From: an uncultured Candidatus Saccharibacteria bacterium
Lineage (GTDB): Bacteria; Patescibacteriota; Doudnabacteria; UBA920
Assembly (NCBI GenBank): GCA_964617815.1
Contig: CAZTXY010000001.1
Location: 128 to 64,127 of the forward strand
Direction of reading: 5' to 3'
Length of the DNA: 64,000 bases
The position numbers were made by a program, and so were the translations under genes. This document shows positions 1-9,349 of this stretch, in pieces. Each line of letters opens with the position of its first letter. Position 1 is the stretch's first letter. The notes under the pieces are model-generated. The model was given only the letters and a program-made list of their open reading frames with translations. It did no database searches and had not been told where the DNA came from.

Positions 1-1
1 C

Positions 2-106
2 ACTTTTCTTGATCACTTTAATTTAAAATTGAAAAACCGGCATAACGCTTTAGAAAAAGCGAGGCTGTCAGGTGACATTCTCCGCCGCATGATAAAAAGT
101 GCTTAA
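2..106 (+). CDS. 3' end of a DEDDh exonuclease-like protein (partial, truncated by window start)
   Basis: Manual translation TFLDHFNLKLKNRHNALEKARLSGDILRRMIKSA* aligns with the C-terminus of the next ORF (LAKYFKIPAIDLHDALSDCRVEAEILRTVIK); not in ORF track. Confidence 0.6.
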   Translation, partial: TFLDHFNLKLKNRHNALEKARLSGDILRRMIKSA

Positions 107-124
107 CTAATTAGAAAGGCCTCC

Positions 125-688
125 ATGTTTAATAAAGATATTCTATTAATTGACCTAGAATTTACCGGGCTAGATCCAAAGCGACACGATATCATTCAGA
201 TAGCGGCAGTTTTGTTGGACAAAAAAACTCTTAAGGAAAAAAAGTTTTTTAACGCCTATATTAAACCCAAGCACTGGGCCAGGCGTGACCCCCAGTCAAT
301 GGAAATAAATGGTATCCAGTGGGAAACCTTGAAATATGCTCCAACTTTACGAACTGTAATCAACGCTTTTAATAAAAAGTTCAGCAAAAATATAATGCTC
401 GCCTATTACGGCGGTAGTCTTGATATTGAATTTTTAAAAGCGGCTTATAGCCAAGTTGGCAAGAAATTTGAGTTTAATTACCACTACATTAATCTTTGGG
501 TTATTTTTTACACTTACTTAGTCGTAAAAAATAAATTTGCAACACCAAAAGGGCCCAAAAAATTCTCTCTTTCAAACCTAGCGAAATATTTTAAAATCCC
601 AGCAATAGACCTTCATGATGCGCTTAGCGATTGTAGAGTTGAGGCTGAGATTCTTCGTACAGTAATTAAAGAAATGAAAAAGCGATAA
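125..688 (+). CDS. DEDDh-family 3'-5' exonuclease (DnaQ/RNase T-like)
   Basis: ExoI motif IDLEFTGLD, ExoII Asp in LDIEFL, ExoIII HDALSD. Confidence 0.88.
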   Translation: MFNKDILLIDLEFTGLDPKRHDIIQIAAVLLDKKTLKEKKFFNAYIKPKHWARRDPQSMEINGIQWETLKYAPTLRTVINAFNKKFSKNIMLAYYGGSLDIEFLKAAYSQVGKKFEFNYHYINLWVIFYTYLVVKNKFATPKGPKKFSLSNLAKYFKIPAIDLHDALSDCRVEAEILRTVIKEMKKR

Positions 689-690
689 CT

Positions 691-1608
691 ATGAAACTAG
701 TTTTTTTCGGAACCAGTGAATTTGCTGTGCCAATTCTACAAAACCTAATTGAGCAAAAATTTGAAGTTGTGGTAGTCACCAGTCCAGATGCACTAGTTGG
801 ACGCAAACAACTTTTGACTCCATCCCCTATTGGAGCTTTTGCACAAAATAATAACCTTGCAGTCCACAAACCAGAATTTTTAAAAAACAATTTAGATTTT
901 TTAGACACTTTAAAAAACTCTAAGGCGGAGCTGTTTGTAGTTGCCGCCTACGGCAAAATTATTCCAAATAATATTCTATCCCTACCTCTACTGGGAAGCC
1001 TGAATGTTCATCCGTCTTTATTGCCAAAATATCGAGGACCATCCCCTATTCAATATGCCCTATTAAATGGCGACAGCGAAACTGGAACAACTATTATGCA
1101 AATGGATTCGGAAGTTGACCATGGTCCAATTTTTGCGCAAACCATCTTACCTATAGACTCAAATGATAATTTTAAAACGTTAGCAGATAAATTAGCAAAA
1201 TCCTCAAGCATGCTTCTTGAGGACACTATAGAAAAAATAAAGAAAGGTTCAATTAAACCACAAGAGCAAGATCATACTAAAGCTACTTTTACTAAAATTA
1301 TCACGAAAGAAGATGGAAAGATTAACTGGAATAGTAGCTCAACTAAAATTTACAATCAATTCAGAGCATACTCCAATTGGCCAGGGGTTTGGACCACTCT
1401 TGACGGAACAGTTCTAAAAATAACAAATTGTCTTGCTCAATCTACGAAAAGCGAGGCCTTACCCGGCACAATACTCCCAGACGGACATGTCCAATGCCTA
1501 GACGGCCAACTAGAAATTATTAGCCTTCAGCTTGCTGGAAAAACAGAAACAGATATAAAAAGTTTTTTAAATGGCCACCCTAAAATTGTTGGGCAACAGT
1601 TAAACTAA
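691..1608 (+). CDS. fmt: Methionyl-tRNA formyltransferase
   Basis: FFGTSEFA start, NVHPSLLPKYRGPSPIQ motif, DHGPI, C-terminal LQLAGK. Confidence 0.97.
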   Translation: MKLVFFGTSEFAVPILQNLIEQKFEVVVVTSPDALVGRKQLLTPSPIGAFAQNNNLAVHKPEFLKNNLDFLDTLKNSKAELFVVAAYGKIIPNNILSLPLLGSLNVHPSLLPKYRGPSPIQYALLNGDSETGTTIMQMDSEVDHGPIFAQTILPIDSNDNFKTLADKLAKSSSMLLEDTIEKIKKGSIKPQEQDHTKATFTKIITKEDGKINWNSSSTKIYNQFRAYSNWPGVWTTLDGTVLKITNCLAQSTKSEALPGTILPDGHVQCLDGQLEIISLQLAGKTETDIKSFLNGHPKIVGQQLN

Positions 1609-1615
1609 AAAATTC

Positions 1616-2524
1616 TTATTTTAAAAATTTATTTTTATTTTTTACATGCTCTGCAAAAGTCTTGCTATATACAACCTCTCCTGATGGTTGTTTATGCAAA
1701 AAATAATAGTAATCAGTTTTTGTAGGAGCCAAAACAGCTTGTAAACTTGAAAGTGAAGGGTTAGCAATTGGCCCAGGTGGAAGCCCTCTATTTATATAAG
1801 TATTATATGCTGACTTAATTCGTGTATCACTCAAAAGCGGACTAGGATCATTTTTACCGCTTACATAGTTTATAGTCGCATCGCTCTCTAGTCCTTGACC
1901 AATTAAAAGCCTGTTATAAAATATTCCCGCTACAATTGAGCGTTCTTCTTGAAGCGCCAATTTAGCTTCCTGGCCCAGACCTGCAATATTTCTCCCTGTC
2001 TCTTTTTCTAAAATAGAAGCAAGGGTGACTAGCTCGTGAATTGTTAAGCCCCGCGCGTCAGAGTTTAAACTTAAATTATTATACCCTGGTATAATAAATG
2101 TTTGATCTGCAGTTTGTGTTACATCGCGTTTTGCAATATTCCATTTTACTAAAAAATTATTAAGAAATTTTCTAACTACTTCATCTGCGGTTGCTGGTTT
2201 ATTAACTAGATAAGTATCAGGAAATAAATACCCCTCCAAAGACTGTTCTAGTGCTAACTTCGATAAATACTCATACTCTTGTAATAACTGCGGGTTTCCA
2301 AGGGTATTTTTTAAATCTGTTTCCGAAACAACATTTTTTTCAGACAAATATTTTTTAATTTGAAAAGTGTCCCAACCTTCAATAATAGTAATCTTCTGTT
2401 GCTCTTTTGCTGATATTGACTGAACTTTAGACTGCGATTGTTTATGCTGATACCAAACGAGGCCACCAAAAGTAGCAGTAATAGCAGCTAATATAATCGC
2501 AATAATAAAAACTCTAGTATACAT
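1616..2524 (-). CDS. mltG: Endolytic murein transglycosylase MltG (YceG family)
   Basis: N-terminal TM, LEGYLFPDTY, LASILEKE, YNTY..GLPPGPIANP; start moved to ATG 2524 (6 nt after TATACT). Confidence 0.93.
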   Translation of the reverse strand: MYTRVFIIAIILAAITATFGGLVWYQHKQSQSKVQSISAKEQQKITIIEGWDTFQIKKYLSEKNVVSETDLKNTLGNPQLLQEYEYLSKLALEQSLEGYLFPDTYLVNKPATADEVVRKFLNNFLVKWNIAKRDVTQTADQTFIIPGYNNLSLNSDARGLTIHELVTLASILEKETGRNIAGLGQEAKLALQEERSIVAGIFYNRLLIGQGLESDATINYVSGKNDPSPLLSDTRIKSAYNTYINRGLPPGPIANPSLSSLQAVLAPTKTDYYYFLHKQPSGEVVYSKTFAEHVKNKNKFLK

Positions 2525-2567
2525 ATAACTAGTATACCACAAGGCTATTTTTTAACACTAGCTTAAT

Positions 2568-3008
2568 TTAATCACCAATAATTTTAACGAAAAAATTACG
2601 CGCTCTTCCTCCATCAAACTCAATAAAAAATAGGCTTTGTTTCTCGCCCATAAGTAATTTGCCGTTGTCTAAAGAAAGCGTTTCTGAGGAGCCAAGCAAA
2701 AATGACTTCACGTGAGCATGCCCATTACTTCGCTCATTTAGGGCTACCTTTTGTCGGACCTCAAACAAGTCATGTCCATAACTCATTTCAAGAGGCACAA
2801 GCCGATATAACATTTTCATTATATCCTGCAAAAGTAAAGGCTCATTGTGGTTAAGCCGAATACTTGCTGTTGTATGTGGACTGTAAACAACAACGATGCC
2901 ATTTGTAATATTAGAAGCTGTGACAGCAGAAAGCACCTGCTCTGTTACTACCACCAGCTCAAATTGTCGTTTTGTTTCTAATTCTACTTTTTGTAAAAAA
3001 GTTTTCAT
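2568..3008 (-). CDS. yjbQ: YjbQ/UPF0047 family protein
   Basis: PHTTAS, NGHAHVKS, EFDGGR motifs. Confidence 0.9.
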   Translation of the reverse strand: MKTFLQKVELETKRQFELVVVTEQVLSAVTASNITNGIVVVYSPHTTASIRLNHNEPLLLQDIMKMLYRLVPLEMSYGHDLFEVRQKVALNERSNGHAHVKSFLLGSSETLSLDNGKLLMGEKQSLFFIEFDGGRARNFFVKIIGD

Positions 3009-3010
3009 GA

Positions 3011-4288
3011 TTAATTTGGCTGATTTTTAGTTAGATCCAAAAAGCTACTATCCTGTAAGCCATTATGGATTGGTAGTGTCATTACAAAATTAGATCCTTT
3101 ATTTAGACCGTCACTCTCTGCCCAAATTTTTCCTTTGTGCTGAGTGACAATAATTTTTGCTAAATATAATCCAAGCCCCATGCCAGTAGCTCTAGTCAAG
3201 AGGTCTTTTCCTTGGCTAAATTTTTGGAAAACGGCTTTCATTTGATCTTTGGTAATTCCTTTACCAGTGTCAGAGACTTTAACCGTAATATTTTTGTCGT
3301 CAAAACTTAAAGTCACAACAATTGAACCTTCTTTTGTATATTTAATCGCATTGTCAATCAAGTTACTAATAACCTGTCGAAATTTTTGTCTGTCAGCCAT
3401 AACAATAGGAGCTGGTGTATTAGGCTTTACAAACTTTAACGACAATTTTTTTAGGTTTGCTAGTGGCAAAAGCTGATCTATTGAAGATTGTATCAATTCT
3501 GCTAAAGACGTATCTTCAAAGAAAAATTCCATAGTCCCTCGCTCAATCCGAGAGACATTTAGCAATTCGTCGCTTAGTGCGATAAGACTATTATTGGTAA
3601 TTTCAGACTTCTTAAGCGCGTCACGCACTTCAGGGTTTACCTCACCGTAGTCACCGGCCAAAATTGTTTCCAAATACCATTTAATGGTTGAGGGTGGCGT
3701 TCTAAGTTGGTGACTTGCCATAGCCACGAATTCAGACCTTGCCAAGTCTAAATTTTGGAGCTTTCGGTTGGCCTCGTTTAAAGTAATGTTCAAAGCTGAA
3801 AGCTTTTCCTGCTGTTCAACATCCCGTCTTGCATTCCACATTAATAAAATACCAAATAAGACAACTGCAGTGAGTACTAATAACGGGACTAGATTTTCAT
3901 CTAGGCTCTTGGTAACCAAAGTTAAACCAATTAACAAGACCCATAAAATTATAATTACTGGCTCGCTAGTTATAATTTTAATATCAAACAACTTACGTTT
4001 GACAATAGCAAACACCGTTAAAGCCAAAAAAACCAAGGTATAAAGAGGAACAAGTCCAAAAAATAAATTAACTTTAAAAAATACGGCGGGAATAAAAACC
4101 GTAGTTATCATTAATGCCAGCAATATGAAAACTGCTGTTTTAACCAAATGAGACTGCGGGCGGGCAGCAACAGGTGGCACAAAACTAGGATTATCAATAA
4201 CATCCATTTTTTGTGGCTGAACATTCTTTCCAGCTATAGCAATTTTCGATTTTGCTACTTTTATTTTTGAATTTTTCTTAACAACCAT
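3011..4288 (-). CDS. Membrane sensor histidine kinase
   Basis: About four TM segments, H-box SHQLRTP, N-box NLIDNAIKYT, G boxes DTGKG and GMGLGL. Confidence 0.93.
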   Translation of the reverse strand: MVVKKNSKIKVAKSKIAIAGKNVQPQKMDVIDNPSFVPPVAARPQSHLVKTAVFILLALMITTVFIPAVFFKVNLFFGLVPLYTLVFLALTVFAIVKRKLFDIKIITSEPVIIILWVLLIGLTLVTKSLDENLVPLLVLTAVVLFGILLMWNARRDVEQQEKLSALNITLNEANRKLQNLDLARSEFVAMASHQLRTPPSTIKWYLETILAGDYGEVNPEVRDALKKSEITNNSLIALSDELLNVSRIERGTMEFFFEDTSLAELIQSSIDQLLPLANLKKLSLKFVKPNTPAPIVMADRQKFRQVISNLIDNAIKYTKEGSIVVTLSFDDKNITVKVSDTGKGITKDQMKAVFQKFSQGKDLLTRATGMGLGLYLAKIIVTQHKGKIWAESDGLNKGSNFVMTLPIHNGLQDSSFLDLTKNQPN

Positions 4289-4447
4289 TTTGTTTCATAT
4301 TTCTAAACTTTTTATTAGTATACTAGAAATTAGATCAAATGACAAATTTTTGTTATACTGCGGATATAGAATATTTGGCAAATTCCCAACTTATTGCATT
4401 TTTTGTCTTTTGGAGTACAATAAAATTAGATTAAGTAACTAGCTTGT

Positions 4448-4843
4448 ATGGATAAACCAAAAAAAATCCTTGTAGTTGAAGATGATCTTGATATGCGCGA
4501 AATTATCATTCATAAGCTGAAAAGTCATGGTTTTGAATGTGTTGGCGCCGAAGATGGACGCAAAGGAATAGACCTCACCCTTTCTGAAAAACCAAATTTA
4601 ATTCTGTTAGACTTAATGCTTCCAGAAGTAGATGGTTTTAAGGTTCTAGAAACAATCAGAACAAACCCAGATAAACAAATTGCTGACACACCTATAATTA
4701 TTCTCAGTAACCTCTGGAGCAATAAGGACATTTTGAGAACTAAAGCTTTAAAAATACAAGCTTACATGGTTAAGGCTTACTTTACCACCGAAGAAATTCT
4801 CAGCAAAATTAATGAGATTTTGAAAATTAATAAAGTTGCTTAA
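4448..4843 (+). CDS. Single-domain response regulator (REC)
   Basis: VVEDD, LLDLMLP phospho-Asp, YMVK; divergent from kinase. Confidence 0.93.
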   Translation: MDKPKKILVVEDDLDMREIIIHKLKSHGFECVGAEDGRKGIDLTLSEKPNLILLDLMLPEVDGFKVLETIRTNPDKQIADTPIIILSNLWSNKDILRTKALKIQAYMVKAYFTTEEILSKINEILKINKVA

Positions 4844-4871
4844 TTCTCAAAATTAAACTTTTAAAAATAAT

Positions 4872-4901
4872 AAAACCCCTTCGCCAGAGCGAAGGGGTTT
4901 T
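4872..4901. terminator. Bidirectional intrinsic terminator
   Basis: aaaaccccttcgc-caga-gcgaaggggtttt between convergent genes. Confidence 0.85.
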
Positions 4902-4917
4902 ATATATACAACAAGAT

Positions 4918-5190
4918 TTATAGAATAGCGTCCTTAGCTGCCTTGGCTAAGCGAAACTTAACCACAGTCTTTGCAGGAATTTGAATTGAAGCGCCTGTGG
5001 CAGGGTTACGACCCATGCGAGCAAGACGAGCTTTCTTTTGTAATTTTCCTAAACCAGGAATAGTAAATTCTCCACTTTTCTTGGTTTCTTGGTATGCCAA
5101 TGCTACCATAGCATCCATCATTTCACTTACTTCTTTACGGGTCTTGCCGAGCGTTTCAGCTAAGGCTTGTAAGACTTCTGATTTAGTCAT
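4918..5190 (-). CDS. hup: HU family DNA-binding protein
   Basis: MTKSE start, IPGLGK, GRNPATG, VVKFR. Confidence 0.95.
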   Translation of the reverse strand: MTKSEVLQALAETLGKTRKEVSEMMDAMVALAYQETKKSGEFTIPGLGKLQKKARLARMGRNPATGASIQIPAKTVVKFRLAKAAKDAIL

Positions 5191-5406
5191 CCTATTTGTT
5201 TCCTTATCCGTAACCAGCAATGTGGATACGGGGTTACCTAATTAATAATTTTCTTATACAGAAGGCTGGTAAGCCCTATTTATATAAGACTAATAACATT
5301 CTAAGTATAAACAGAAAAAGCTAATAAAATCAAGGTTTTTTTAAATTTCTGTCAATAGTTTAGTGGTAAAAAACTAAAAATATTTCATTGCATGCAAAAT
5401 TCTCTT

Positions 5407-5880
5407 TTATTTAAGCCTTTTTTTACTAAACGGTAAGTGTCTTTGGATAAAAGCTAACCCTGGATGAAATGTTAACAATACTACGAAAACTGAAGCTACA
5501 ATTAAAAATCCATCGTAGTCCCAGCGAAGTGGATTATCATCTCTCAAATTTAACCACATCGCAAATTCATCAAAAGCCAATCCTAAACCAAAGCCAAATA
5601 ATCCAGCAATCCAAAACTTTGCTCTAGGGCCTTCAAAAATTAAAGCCAAATAAGAAGTAAGGGCTAAAATAAAGACACCGTAAGTAAAGTGATGCACATG
5701 TAAACCAGGACCAATCTCTAAATATAGCCATGGCATTAAGTACCCAATTATTCTAGAGCCAATAAAAGTTAACAAGAAGGTCGTTGCTATGGGAAAAAGC
5801 AAATCCAAATACAACCCCGGCTTGTGAGTCACAATCTTCTGCCGAATTAAATTCTCTACTTTACTAATTGGATGCCACAT
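5407..5880 (-). CDS. Hypothetical integral membrane protein
   Basis: Four hydrophobic segments, HVHHFTYG and GLGLAFDE motifs. Confidence 0.75.
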   Translation of the reverse strand: MWHPISKVENLIRQKIVTHKPGLYLDLLFPIATTFLLTFIGSRIIGYLMPWLYLEIGPGLHVHHFTYGVFILALTSYLALIFEGPRAKFWIAGLFGFGLGLAFDEFAMWLNLRDDNPLRWDYDGFLIVASVFVVLLTFHPGLAFIQRHLPFSKKRLK

Positions 5881-5891
5881 AGAATGTTAGC

Positions 5892-6012
5892 AGGGCTTAC
5901 GGGATTGAATTGAGTACGAGGCATTTTGCAAGGATTTTTGGAGGCGTAGTCAGACTACGACGACAAAGACCACAGCAAAATAACAAAGTAATCAACCAAA
6001 CCCGTAAGTCCT
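5892..6012. repeat. 121-bp imperfect inverted repeat (MITE/structured-RNA-like)
   Basis: Terminal arms agggcttacggg/cccgtaagtcct, inner attttgc/gcaaaat, apical cgtagtc-a-gactacg. Confidence 0.7.
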
Positions 6013-6019
6013 ATTTATT

Positions 6020-6781
6020 TTATTTTACTTCAAACACAACTGTCATTGTTGCTGTAATGTCTTGATTTCCAGGTTCAATATTTGGCGAAGCAGCCTTATC
6101 GTAAAGGGGCATCGCTCCACCTGAGCCTTCACCATAAGCGACAGGAGGGCTATAAAAGCCTCCCGACTCAGAAACATTCACAACCTTACCCAATCGAAGT
6201 CCAGAAGCCTTTGCTAATTCTTCAGCTTTGGCTTTAGCTTTTTCAATTGCCAACTTTCGAGCTTCTTGACGTTTTTCATCTGGATCATCAAAACCAAGCG
6301 AAACACCATTAATTTGATTTGCTCCATTACTGGTCACACCAGAAAGAACTTCTCCTAATTTTTCTGTAGACTTATCCACACCCCTAATTTTAATTGTAAT
6401 TGTCTGGTTAGCTTGATACCCAGTAATTGTAGCTTTGCCATCTCTGTAATCCTGATTAGGATAGATATTAAACTGTGAGGTGGAAATATCATCACGCTCT
6501 ATCCCCTTTTGTTTTACAAAGTCAATAATTTTATTAACTTTTTGGCTATTTTCACTTTGTACCCGCTCTGCTGTGTCCCCTTGTGTCAACACCCCTAAAT
6601 TGACCGTAGCGAGGTCTGGGATACTAGAGACCTTACCTTCTGCACTGACAGAAATTGTATTTTTGGGATTCTTATTTTGTAAAGTTTGGGTAAGACTTAT
6701 AGCCTTATCCGCGATAAGAATAGCGACAAAAGCCACAAGAAGACCGCCTAGGCCTTCAACTAACCATTTGGGTAGATTCAT
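6020..6781 (-). CDS. SIMPL/DUF541 family protein
   Basis: N-terminal TM, ISVSAEGKV..PDLA, GANQINGV, AKAKAEELA..GLRLG. Confidence 0.9.
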   Translation of the reverse strand: MNLPKWLVEGLGGLLVAFVAILIADKAISLTQTLQNKNPKNTISVSAEGKVSSIPDLATVNLGVLTQGDTAERVQSENSQKVNKIIDFVKQKGIERDDISTSQFNIYPNQDYRDGKATITGYQANQTITIKIRGVDKSTEKLGEVLSGVTSNGANQINGVSLGFDDPDEKRQEARKLAIEKAKAKAEELAKASGLRLGKVVNVSESGGFYSPPVAYGEGSGGAMPLYDKAASPNIEPGNQDITATMTVVFEVK

Positions 6782-6855
6782 AAATTTAGTTGGGCCGTCT
6801 GCAACTTTCGCAGAAGCCGATAATAATTTAGTTATTTATATATAGTAGTATAGCA

Positions 6856-6893
6856 AAAGATCCCGCTCTTTAATAATAAAGGGCGGGATCTTT
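6856..6893 (-). terminator. Intrinsic terminator of ribosomal protein operon
   Basis: aaagatcccgctcttta...taaagggcgggatcttt hairpin directly after rpsI. Confidence 0.85.
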
Positions 6894-6903
6894 AAAATTT
6901 TGT

Positions 6904-7479
6904 TTAACGCTTGGCCCACTGTGGAGACCTGCGAGCGCCACGAAGACCTGGCTTCTTACGTTCTTTCTTACGGTCATCACGAGTTAGCATACCATTCTTT
7001 TTTAAGACTTTGCGTATATCTTCACCAAGGCTCGCTAAAGCCTGAGCAATGCCATGCTGGACTGCCTGAGCCTGGGCGTTAATACCACCACCATTAACTG
7101 TCGCTGTAAAATAGAAGTCACCAGCAAGACCAGTTAACTGAAGAGCCCTAATAGCTCGGTCCTGATTCATACTTTGAGAAAAATACTTTTCCAATGGCTT
7201 TTTATTAATTTGATTCTGGCTTGAGCCTGAAAGCAAACGAATATTAGCAACAGCCGTTTTGCGACGGCCAGTTGCAAAGACATATCTACCACTTGCAAGT
7301 TCTGGTTTACCTAAGCTAACAACAACAGGAGCAGGTGCTTGTTCAATAACGACATCGGAAGCAACAACTTTAGGAGCTTCTTCAGTCGCAACTTTCTTTT
7401 TTATGACGCGCTTTTTAGCAACCGCTTTTGGAGCCGCTTTAACTTTCTTTACATCTTTAGTTGTAGTATCTTTTACCAT
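6904..7479 (-). CDS. rpsI: 30S ribosomal protein S9 (N-terminally extended)
   Basis: TGRRKTAVA, GGGINAQA, KERKKPGLRGARRSPQWAKR. Confidence 0.98.
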   Translation of the reverse strand: MVKDTTTKDVKKVKAAPKAVAKKRVIKKKVATEEAPKVVASDVVIEQAPAPVVVSLGKPELASGRYVFATGRRKTAVANIRLLSGSSQNQINKKPLEKYFSQSMNQDRAIRALQLTGLAGDFYFTATVNGGGINAQAQAVQHGIAQALASLGEDIRKVLKKNGMLTRDDRKKERKKPGLRGARRSPQWAKR

Positions 7480-7485
7480 AATTGT

Positions 7486-7905
7486 TTATATCTTCTTTTC
7501 AATAGTATATGAATGCTCTGTCCCTTTGACTAATTTCAATCTGGAAAGTATCTTTTTGCGGAATTTAATATCATCTATCATGCTAAATACAGCTTTTTGT
7601 AAGACTGTTTCTGGGCTTCGGACAATTTCATCTTTCAAAGTTTTAACTTTCAGTCCACCCAAATAACCAGAGTGGTGGTAGTATTTCTTTTGATCAATCT
7701 TTCTTCCAGTGAATTTCAGTTTATCGACATTAATAGCTACTACAAAATCGCCCATATCCATATGAGGAGTAAAGGAACGCTTGTGCTTACCACGTAAAAT
7801 ATTTGCAATCTTTGTGGCAACACGGCCCATACTTTGGCCTGAGGCATCAACCTCGTACCAATTGCGAGCAACAGTTTTAGGTAATGTGATTTTCTGAGTT
7901 TTCAT
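7486..7905 (-). CDS. rplM: 50S ribosomal protein L13
   Basis: WYEVDA, GRVAT, LRGKHK..FTPH.D.GD, HSGYLGG. Confidence 0.98.
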   Translation of the reverse strand: MKTQKITLPKTVARNWYEVDASGQSMGRVATKIANILRGKHKRSFTPHMDMGDFVVAINVDKLKFTGRKIDQKKYYHHSGYLGGLKVKTLKDEIVRSPETVLQKAVFSMIDDIKFRKKILSRLKLVKGTEHSYTIEKKI

Positions 7906-7933
7906 ATAATCGTTCTTAGTACTTAACGCAAAT

Positions 7934-8278
7934 TTAGTCTACAAATTCTAGGAGAACTTTACTCTGTCCCGCAGTTGGGTCATTTAACTTTGTGAGTCTA
8001 GTATAACCACCATGGCGCTCTTTGTACTTAGGCCCCATAACTTCCAAAGCTTTCTTGGCAGCATTACGGGTAAGACCTGAAAGTAATAGCCGTCTGACAT
8101 GTAAAGAATCTACTTTAGACTTGGTAATAAGTTTCTCAACGTAAGGTTTTACAGCTCGGGCATTAGCATAACTTGTTTCAATGCGTTCGTACAAAATAGC
8201 CGAAGACGCTAAAGTCCGGAGCAGTTTTCTGCGGTGATCGGGACCTTTACCAAATTTTCGCTTCTTTAAATGTCTCAT
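7934..8278 (-). CDS. rplQ: 50S ribosomal protein L17
   Basis: MRH start, ERIETS, ERHGGYTR. Confidence 0.97.
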   Translation of the reverse strand: MRHLKKRKFGKGPDHRRKLLRTLASSAILYERIETSYANARAVKPYVEKLITKSKVDSLHVRRLLLSGLTRNAAKKALEVMGPKYKERHGGYTRLTKLNDPTAGQSKVLLEFVD

Positions 8279-8306
8279 ATAATAGTTCTTAGATCTGAGT
8301 AATTAG

Positions 8307-9245
8307 TTAACGTCCAAGGGCTTCCTTAATTTCTGTAATAGTTTTTTCCCCAAGTCCTGCAATATTATTAATATCATCGTCAGACAATGCTTTAAGTGCT
8401 TCTACTGAAATAATTCCATTTTTAATCAAAGCATTTTTAGCTCGATTTGATAACTGTAAATTATCTAAATCTTCTGTGCCTTGTGGAACTTCGGTAGGAG
8501 CCTCTGCTGTTTCCTCAGCTACAACTTCCTCTTCGGAAACAGATTCTTCTGCCAATGTAGCACTTCCACCAAATAACATTGCAAAATGGTCTACAAGAAT
8601 GTGAGAAGCAATCTCAATGGCTTCACTACCAGTAATAGTCCCGTCGGTTTCCATGTTCAAAATTAACTTATCATAGTTGGTAATTTGACCAACACGAACA
8701 TTGGTTACATCAAAATAGACAGACTTAACAGGGCTGTAAATAGCGTCAATTGAAAGCATTCCAACTTCAAGCTTCTGGTTTTCTCGAGCTTCAACTGGAA
8801 CATAACCGCGGCCCTGTTCAACTATTAGCTCTAAATCAAAATCACTGGTTTTGTTATCTAAAGTTGCAATGTGCAAGTCTTTGTTTATAACTTGAACCTG
8901 GTCGGTTTCAGAAATATCAGCGGCAGTAACTATACCTTCGCCTTTTTTCTTTAACATTAGTCGCACGGGTTCAGTGCTCACGCTTTTTAAACGAAGCTGT
9001 TTTAAACTCAAAATAATCTGAATCACATCTTCTTTAACATTTGGTATTGTTGAAAATTCATGATCAACATACTTAATCTTAACTGCAGTAACTGCAGCTC
9101 CAGGCATTGAGGACAAGAGCACTCTACGCATTGCATTAGCAATGGTTACACCATAACCAGGATACAATGGCTCTAAGGTCACTGTATACTTATTGCCTTC
9201 AACGTGCTCGATGTGAGCTTGATTTGGTAATGGAATCGCTTCCAT
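8307..9245 (-). CDS. rpoA: RNA polymerase subunit alpha
   Basis: EPLYPGYGVTIANAMRRVLLSS, HEFSTI, GRGYV, IDAIYSPV, alpha-CTD LSNRAKNAL. Confidence 0.99.
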   Translation of the reverse strand: MEAIPLPNQAHIEHVEGNKYTVTLEPLYPGYGVTIANAMRRVLLSSMPGAAVTAVKIKYVDHEFSTIPNVKEDVIQIILSLKQLRLKSVSTEPVRLMLKKKGEGIVTAADISETDQVQVINKDLHIATLDNKTSDFDLELIVEQGRGYVPVEARENQKLEVGMLSIDAIYSPVKSVYFDVTNVRVGQITNYDKLILNMETDGTITGSEAIEIASHILVDHFAMLFGGSATLAEESVSEEEVVAEETAEAPTEVPQGTEDLDNLQLSNRAKNALIKNGIISVEALKALSDDDINNIAGLGEKTITEIKEALGR

Positions 9246-9349
9246 AGTTTACCTCTCTAACGATTGACGTCAACCCGTAATCTTGCGTGATCAAACGTTA
9301 ATTAATGGATTATATCTAGTGACTAGGCACTAGTAGCTAGGGACTAGGT

